DNA of 63,080 bases, from NCBI GenBank assembly GCA_964610465.1, contig CAZSWA010000008.1, positions 1 to 63,080 on the forward strand. The letters are read 5' to 3'. The notes beneath the pieces were generated by a model that was not told the DNA's origin, did not search any database, and was given only the letters and a program-made list of their open reading frames with translations. The stretch is from an uncultured Gammaproteobacteria bacterium (GTDB lineage: Bacteria; Patescibacteriota; Microgenomatia; Levybacterales; UBA12049). Position numbers and translations under genes: made by a program. Every line of letters begins with the position of its first letter. Position 1 is the first letter of the stretch. Shown here one piece after another: positions 58,265-63,080 of this stretch.

Positions 58265-58693
58265 CTATTTGCCATTTGCTATTAGCTCTTTCGCTTCTTT
58301 CCACACGTCTTTATCTGATTTATAAGTGAGACGTTCTCCAACTTTATCAATTGGTAGCCACTCAACGTTTTCCATTTCCCAATCATGTTTGGTAATATTT
58401 CCTTCTACAAATTCCATCAAGTAGTAATACACAGTCTTTTTAATCTTCTCACTGTTGAGGACATACCAGTAAGTCACCGGCTTAAGCTCTTTTAGTATTT
58501 TGCCTGTGACTCCTGTTTCTTCCTTTACTTCACGCAATGCTGTTTCCTCTTTGCCTTCTCCCTTGATATGATCGCCAATAAGTCCTTTGGGAAAGACCCA
58601 GCCATGGTGTTGTGAGTGCTGAGAGACAAGGATAAAAGTTTTTTCTTCCTCTCTTTTAACTACCACTCCGCCTGCTGAAAATTCAAATTTCAT
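58265..58693 (-). CDS. NUDIX hydrolase
   Basis: The Nudix box is GEGKEETALREVKEETGVTG. The ORF is 142 aa. Confidence 0.85.
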   Translation of the reverse strand: MKFEFSAGGVVVKREEEKTFILVSQHSQHHGWVFPKGLIGDHIKGEGKEETALREVKEETGVTGKILKELKPVTYWYVLNSEKIKKTVYYYLMEFVEGNITKHDWEMENVEWLPIDKVGERLTYKSDKDVWKEAKELIANGK

Positions 58694-58832
58694 ATGTAAA
58701 TTTCTTATTAGTATTTTGTAAAGATAATATCAAGCAGTAAGGCCTGATTTTTCGTATTCTAACTGTGTAATTATATCGTATTTACTTGACAAATGCAGCT
58801 AATTGAACGAAGATAAATAAGAAAGGGGGTGG

Positions 58833-59114
58833 ATGGAATATCCCTGCAAAGGGACAAAGCATATGACAAGAGCAGATCAAGAAGGAAATCAAAGTAATCC
58901 ATCAGAAGCATCTCAAAATATCAAAAAAGAAGCGGAGAATGCTCAAAGAATCAGTGAAGAGAAAAAAGTTGATTCGGAACAAAGTGTAAGAGAGGTAAAA
59001 GAAATGCTTCTAAGAACTAGGCAAGCAGCTGAACAGACAAAGGAAAACGAGAAAAAAGCAGAAGATATGAAGAAACAAGCAGAGGCAGCAAAAGAAGGGA
59101 AAGGAGTAGCATAG
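58833..59114 (+). CDS. small charged coiled-coil protein (hypothetical)
   Basis: The 93-aa ORF is E/K/Q-rich. A strong Shine-Dalgarno (aaagggggtggATG) lies upstream. It is the first of three tightly coupled ORFs. Confidence 0.55.
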   Translation: MEYPCKGTKHMTRADQEGNQSNPSEASQNIKKEAENAQRISEEKKVDSEQSVREVKEMLLRTRQAAEQTKENEKKAEDMKKQAEAAKEGKGVA

Positions 59115-59115
59115 T

Positions 59116-59463
59116 ATGCAAAATATACTCAATATAGATTTACAAACATTGCTGGATGATGTCGAGGCAGAACTTTTATCACGTATCATTGTTGAGTCAG
59201 AACAAAAGCAGCTTACAAGAGATAAGGCAGCCCAATTGGCACGAGACTTTTTAGATCTTTTGCCACCTCAAGACAAAGTTGACTTGTTACACAAACTTGG
59301 ACAATTGGGCGAGAAGTATCCAGAATTTCGAAGAATGTACATTAAGTACGCTTCAGAATATGAAGAAGAATTACGGCAGAAGAAATTACAGCTTATGTCA
59401 GAGCATATCAAACAAGGAGAAATAGAAAAAGCATTGCAGGTTGCGAAAGGAGGAGGATTATAA
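59116..59463 (+). CDS. hypothetical helical protein
   Basis: The 115-aa ORF starts 1 nt after the upstream stop. Its own stop overlaps the next ATG (TAATG). Confidence 0.55.
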   Translation: MQNILNIDLQTLLDDVEAELLSRIIVESEQKQLTRDKAAQLARDFLDLLPPQDKVDLLHKLGQLGEKYPEFRRMYIKYASEYEEELRQKKLQLMSEHIKQGEIEKALQVAKGGGL

Positions 59464-60809
59464 TGGCAGATGAAGGTTCATTTGAAGGAGGGTTATCTAA
59501 TCCATCAGGACCAAAAGGGCCACAACAGCAAGGACCTGAAATTGGAGGAAATCCCTTAAAAGATTCAGGACCAAGACCTGAAAGACAAAACCCTTTAGGT
59601 GATATAACATCAGGAGGGACTCAACCAAATACGCCAGAACCTGCACCTATTGGAGAAGATGTAGCGCCAAAGATATCTCAAGGAGATCTTCAAGGAGCAT
59701 TAGAAGATATAGCAGATTATAACAACCCTCAAATCACCCAAAAAGATAAAGAGACTACTTCACAAGAAAAAGAAGAAACGAAAATTCCTGATAACGCACA
59801 TCAAGAAGTATCATCTAAAAATGGAACTCCTGAAAACGTAAATCAACAAGCTCGTGGAGAAGGTCCAACTTCACAAGATACGACTTCAACTACTAACTCT
59901 CCAGAAAAGCCTGATCCTGCTCCAGGAGAACCTTCTCCAACAGAAATGAAAGTAAATGAACTAAGGGCACGTATTTCACAATATCCTGAAGTTCAAGCTG
60001 CTCTTGATAATCTTATGCAAAATCTAACTCCTGAAGCGCTGAATGACTTTGTCCAAAAAGCCAATGCGAAAGGAATACCAATAGAAGAATATTTACATTC
60101 TATAACCGAGTCTTTTTCTCAAGAAAGACAAAATGATACTGACACAAACGGTAATGGGAAAAATCCTGATACTAATGCTCAAACAAATGCCGGAGAAGAA
60201 GGCGCTCCGCCAGCTCCAGTAGAACAATCTCAAGAACAAGGGCAGGCTCAGCAACAGGAACAGCCAGTACAAATTACTGATCCAGCAATCGAAGCAATTG
60301 CCAATAAATTTCCGGACAATAAAGATTTTCGAAAATTCTTGGCAAATCATCCTGAACTTTATGATAGGTTAAAAAAGAGTGAAGACTTTCAGAATGTACT
60401 TCAAGAGAGAAAGTTTTTAAGAGATGTCTATGATACCTTGAAGGATAATAAAGATGTTATGAAATTATGGGAGAAAGCAGTGAAAAACCCAACACCTGAT
60501 AATATTCGCGAACTACAAGTAAGCTCAGACAGTGCGAAGAAAGAGAAAGATGCAAAGGAAGAAGTAACAAGATTGAATCAAGAATTAGCACAAGCTTTAG
60601 AGGAACATTCTCGCAACCCAAGTGAAGAAACGGCCAAAAAGATTAAAGATCTTCGGGAGAAAATTGCAGAAGCACACAAGAACTTACAGGCAGAGAGGGA
60701 GAAATATAAAAATCCACCACCATGGATATTAGTGTTAGGGATTATTCTTATTGGCTTATATGTAGGAGCAACCTATGCAATTTCAAGTTCCTTGTCAAAG
60801 CAAAAGTAA
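59463..60809 (+). CDS. tail-anchored protein with long disordered P/Q/E/T-rich N-terminal half and coiled coil
   Basis: The 448-aa ORF has a single C-terminal TM helix (WILVLGIILIGLYVGATYAISS). Its N-terminus is low-complexity. Confidence 0.6.
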   Translation: MADEGSFEGGLSNPSGPKGPQQQGPEIGGNPLKDSGPRPERQNPLGDITSGGTQPNTPEPAPIGEDVAPKISQGDLQGALEDIADYNNPQITQKDKETTSQEKEETKIPDNAHQEVSSKNGTPENVNQQARGEGPTSQDTTSTTNSPEKPDPAPGEPSPTEMKVNELRARISQYPEVQAALDNLMQNLTPEALNDFVQKANAKGIPIEEYLHSITESFSQERQNDTDTNGNGKNPDTNAQTNAGEEGAPPAPVEQSQEQGQAQQQEQPVQITDPAIEAIANKFPDNKDFRKFLANHPELYDRLKKSEDFQNVLQERKFLRDVYDTLKDNKDVMKLWEKAVKNPTPDNIRELQVSSDSAKKEKDAKEEVTRLNQELAQALEEHSRNPSEETAKKIKDLREKIAEAHKNLQAEREKYKNPPPWILVLGIILIGLYVGATYAISSSLSKQK

Positions 60810-60821
60810 TTCAGCAGTTTG

Positions 60822-60893
60822 TGCCCTCGGTGGGAATCGAACCCACAATTGAGGTTCCGGAAACCCCTGTTTTATCCATTAGACTACGAGGAC
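60822..60893 (-). tRNA. tRNA-Arg(CCG), CCA not encoded
   Basis: The reverse complement is GTCCTCG-TA-GTCT-AATGGATA-AAAC-A-GGGGT-TTCCGGA-ACCTC-AATT-GTGGG-TTCGATT-CCCAC-CGAGGGC-A. Confidence 0.85.
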
Positions 60894-60963
60894 AAATTGC
60901 TACTTTCCCAAACCAAATGTAATCCCGCTTTGCAGGGAACGTTTTCAGCCGAGTTTGACTCGG

Positions 60964-61052
60964 CGGAGGGGGTGAGATTCGAACTCACGGTCCGGCAAAT
61001 GCCAAACAGCGGTTTTCGAAACCGCCGCACTAGTCCACTATGCGACCCCTCC
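60964..61052 (-). tRNA. tRNA-Ser(CGA), class II, CCA not encoded
   Basis: The reverse complement has acceptor GGAGGGG/CCCCTCC and anticodon arm GCGGT-TTCGAAA-ACCGC. It has a long variable arm and the T-arm GTGAG-TTCGAAT-CTCAC. Confidence 0.9.
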
Positions 61053-61079
61053 TAAATTGTTAAATCAATCCTTATCATT

Positions 61080-61109
61080 GGGTCGTCTTGCCAACGGCAC
61101 AGGCGACCC
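61080..61109. repeat. hairpin repeat unit 1 (GGGTCGTC - 14 nt - GGCGACCC)
   Basis: An 8-bp stem (one G-T pair) with a 14-nt loop lies between tRNA genes. It is followed by TCTCCTT. Confidence 0.6.
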
Positions 61110-61141
61110 TCTCCTTAGTTATTAAATTAACTTTCATAATA

Positions 61142-61171
61142 GGGCCGTCCTGCAGAATGCGTGGGCGACCC
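61142..61171. repeat. hairpin repeat unit 2 (GGGCCGTC - 14 nt - GGCGACCC)
   Basis: This unit has the same arm sequence, the same 14-nt loop length and a similar 3' flank (TCCCTGG). It lies 62 nt from unit 1. Confidence 0.6.
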
Positions 61172-61247
61172 TCCCTGGTTTTGTAAACAAAAAAACTAAG
61201 AACTGTGAAGCGTGAACAAAAAACAAGAATATTTTTATACTTCAATG

Positions 61248-61320
61248 TGTGCCCGGGAGGACTCGAACCTCTAACCGCTGGGACCGCAACCCAGTGTTCT
61301 ATCCATTGAACTACGGGCAC
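61248..61320 (-). tRNA. tRNA-Arg(GCG), CCA not encoded
   Basis: The reverse complement is GTGCCCG-TA-GTTC-AATGGATA-GAAC-A-CTGGG-TTGCGGT-CCCAG-CGGTT-AGAGG-TTCGAGT-CCTCC-CGGGCAC-A. The anticodon reads GCG. Confidence 0.85.
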
Positions 61321-61417
61321 ATATGCAAGGGCAAATAAGTATAAAACTTGTACCTGTATTGTAACCGATTACGTATTCTGAGGCAAATTATAGTGGCTAT
61401 TGGTTATCAGCTGATAG

Positions 61418-62083
61418 CTAATTTGTAGGTTTCTCAAGAGGGAAGTTATGTTCCAGCCAACCTCCGGCTTTTTCTACAAAGGTAGGTTTGACATATTCTC
61501 TATATGGCAAATAAGGGAGTAAGACTTCTTTTACTTGTTGTGGAGTTACTTCGCCAAGTGTTAAAAGAATTTCTCCTGGATAAAATGCTTTGGTACCAAT
61601 ATGAAGTGTTGTCTCTCCATGTTGTTTGGTAAAATAAAAATCGTAGAGTTCCTCCCAGATAAAATAATAATCCTGGATACGAATTCCTTCAGTACTAATT
61701 TTGTAGAAGTAAGGATGAGGAGGTACTAATTCTAATGCAAAAGTGACAAATACGAGTGCTATGACAAGAAGCATAAGGGAATACATAGAGAAGAGGAATA
61801 AAATAATCTCAACTGCAAGCATGATAAGAAGCATATTGGTAAAAAACTCCTTCGAGCGTTTTTTAAATGGTCTTCCAGGTGCATGCCAAGAAAGGAGCGT
61901 TTTAATATCATCTACTACTGGAGTATCAGCCTCTGCGGTATCTCCGGCAGGTAATTCTTTTGACTCCTTTGGGAGTTCAGGTTGAGGTTTGGGTAACTCA
62001 ACAGGTTCTAATGGGAGATTTTTTTCTTCCATACCTTCAATGTATCCTATATCTAAATCTAAGTCAAGAATTCCATGAAACAT
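61418..62083 (-). CDS. two-TM membrane protein with acidic P/E-rich N-terminus (conserved hypothetical)
   Basis: The 221-aa ORF has LSWHAPGRPFKKRSKEFF followed by two TM helices and a ~100-aa C-terminal domain. MEEKNLP at 62032 is an alternative start. Confidence 0.6.
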   Translation of the reverse strand: MFHGILDLDLDIGYIEGMEEKNLPLEPVELPKPQPELPKESKELPAGDTAEADTPVVDDIKTLLSWHAPGRPFKKRSKEFFTNMLLIMLAVEIILFLFSMYSLMLLVIALVFVTFALELVPPHPYFYKISTEGIRIQDYYFIWEELYDFYFTKQHGETTLHIGTKAFYPGEILLTLGEVTPQQVKEVLLPYLPYREYVKPTFVEKAGGWLEHNFPLEKPTN

Positions 62084-62142
62084 TCAGTTTACTTGTACAA
62101 TGTGAGGCTATTTGTTATACTTTGAATCTGGATCCTAATTTA

Positions 62143-62229
62143 GGAGAGGTGACCGAGTGGTTGATGGTAGCAGTCTTGAAAACTGCCGTGGGTGCAAGCT
62201 CACCGTGGGTTCGAATCCCACCCTCTCCG
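62143..62229 (+). tRNA. tRNA-Ser(UGA), class II, CCA not encoded
   Basis: The acceptor is GGAGAGG/CCTCTCC and the anticodon arm is GCAGT-CTTGAAA-ACTGC. It has a long variable arm, the T-arm GTGGG-TTCGAAT-CCCAC and discriminator G. Confidence 0.9.
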
Positions 62230-62233
62230 CATC

Positions 62234-62977
62234 TCAAGTTGATACATGGAAAATGTGAGCAATGAAATAGCCGATAAATGCTGCTGCTAAACCAATAATA
62301 AGCATGCGTATTCCACTTTTCCACCAACTTCCAACAAGAGTTACTGCTTGATATACCCCTGTTCCAAACAAAGTAATTCCGCTTATTATAATTGATAAAA
62401 TTAAACCTATCTGATGAGTGATAAAGAAAAACGGTAAGAGAGGAATAATATGTCCAATAGCGGTTGCTATGGTAACGATAATCGAGCTTTTAAGTACATC
62501 TTTTGTATTAATAGGATGAAGATTTAACTCCTCATTCATCATAGTGATGAGCCAAAGCTTTTTATCAGAGGTAACAGTTTGCACGATTTCTTCTAAAATA
62601 TGTCCATGAAATCCTTTTGCTTCAAAAATCTGTCGTACCTCTTCTTTTTCCATTTCAGGTACTTCAGCAATTTCCTTGAGTTCTTTTTGTTTCTCGCTTT
62701 CATAATAATCTTTCTGAGCAAGCGCTGACGTATAGGCAACAGCACCCATTGAAAGAGACTCAGCACAAGTTGCTGCAAGTACTGTCGCAATAAGAATATG
62801 GGTATCAGCAGTGACTGCTGCAATACCAAGAATGATTCCTAATGCATTTACTAATCCATCTTGCCCACCAAGTATGACATCCCGAAGAGGATTTTCCCGT
62901 TTATGGGTTTCTTCTCTTTTGTGCTTCGCAAATGCTTCAGGTGTTGGTCTTTTGACTGTTAGAGTTTGAGTGGACAT
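62234..62977 (-). CDS. VIT1/CCC1-family iron/manganese transporter
   Basis: NPLRDVILGGQDGLVNALGIILGIA is the VIT-family signature. The ORF has a cytoplasmic helical insert and C-terminal TM helices. Confidence 0.8.
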   Translation of the reverse strand: MSTQTLTVKRPTPEAFAKHKREETHKRENPLRDVILGGQDGLVNALGIILGIAAVTADTHILIATVLAATCAESLSMGAVAYTSALAQKDYYESEKQKELKEIAEVPEMEKEEVRQIFEAKGFHGHILEEIVQTVTSDKKLWLITMMNEELNLHPINTKDVLKSSIIVTIATAIGHIIPLLPFFFITHQIGLILSIIISGITLFGTGVYQAVTLVGSWWKSGIRMLIIGLAAAFIGYFIAHIFHVST

Positions 62978-63080
62978 AAATATATGAGTATTATATCTGT
63001 TTTGAAGAAAATAAAAAGTGTAGGATACGTTTCAGCAAGTTTAACGTAATTGATTTTGCCAAAAGTTCTTATGCTGCGGA

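Noticed and set aside
60722-62327. Track ORFs 60722..60922, 60819..61055, 61075..61320, 61960..62265 and 62115..62327.
   Set aside because: They overlap well-formed tRNA genes (Arg-CCG, Ser-CGA, Arg-GCG, Ser-UGA) or the hairpin repeats. The translations are just read-through of tRNA sequence.
1-63080. CRISPR arrays, rRNA genes, tmRNA/RNase P RNA/SRP RNA.
   Set aside because: I saw no regularly spaced short direct repeats and no rRNA-like conserved blocks. The longer spacers (4881..5205, 11864..12242, 18051..18353, 34861..5049) showed no recognisable structured-RNA signatures. A covariance-model scan would be needed to exclude small RNAs.

Overview
This 63 kb window is low-GC and densely coded. 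The gene content looks like a small-genome Patescibacteria/CPR-type bacterium, which is an inference from content, not a search result. All family calls come from motifs read in the supplied translations; no database search was possible.

Ordinary chromosomal content:
- The replication-origin neighbourhood: rpmH-rnpA-yidD-yidC-jag on the minus strand facing dnaA-dnaN on the plus strand, with DnaA boxes in both flanking spacers.
- Housekeeping genes: dnaG-rpoD, ruvC-ruvA-ruvB, valS, pgk and rplY.
- A P-type ATPase and several envelope genes: two O-antigen-ligase-like proteins, a DUF4012 protein, DedA, DUF475 and VIT.

Main points of interest:
1. A roughly 14-17 kb chromosomal type-IV-secretion-like pilus locus at 43840-58120, possibly extending from 41261. 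It encodes a VirB1-like transglycosylase, a VirB4 ATPase, a PrgI/VirB3-like protein, four tandem VirB2/TrbC-like pilin paralogs and a VirB6-like protein. It also holds a divergent ATPase-winged-helix regulator and a 1126-aa orphan protein. No relaxase, coupling protein or integrase is visible.
2. One of the pilin paralogs carries four tandem knottin-like (C-C-CC-C-C) cystine modules.
3. A tRNA, most consistent with tRNA-Asn(GUU), is split by a roughly 555-nt group I intron that carries an HNH endonuclease ORF.
4. A giant repeat-rich surface protein is truncated by the left window edge.
5. Two signs of gene decay: a frameshifted inositol-monophosphatase-family gene and a ComM/YifB gene with its ATPase core deleted in frame.
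6. A tRNA cluster contains two paired hairpin repeats.

No rRNA genes, CRISPR arrays or recognisable prophage modules were seen.
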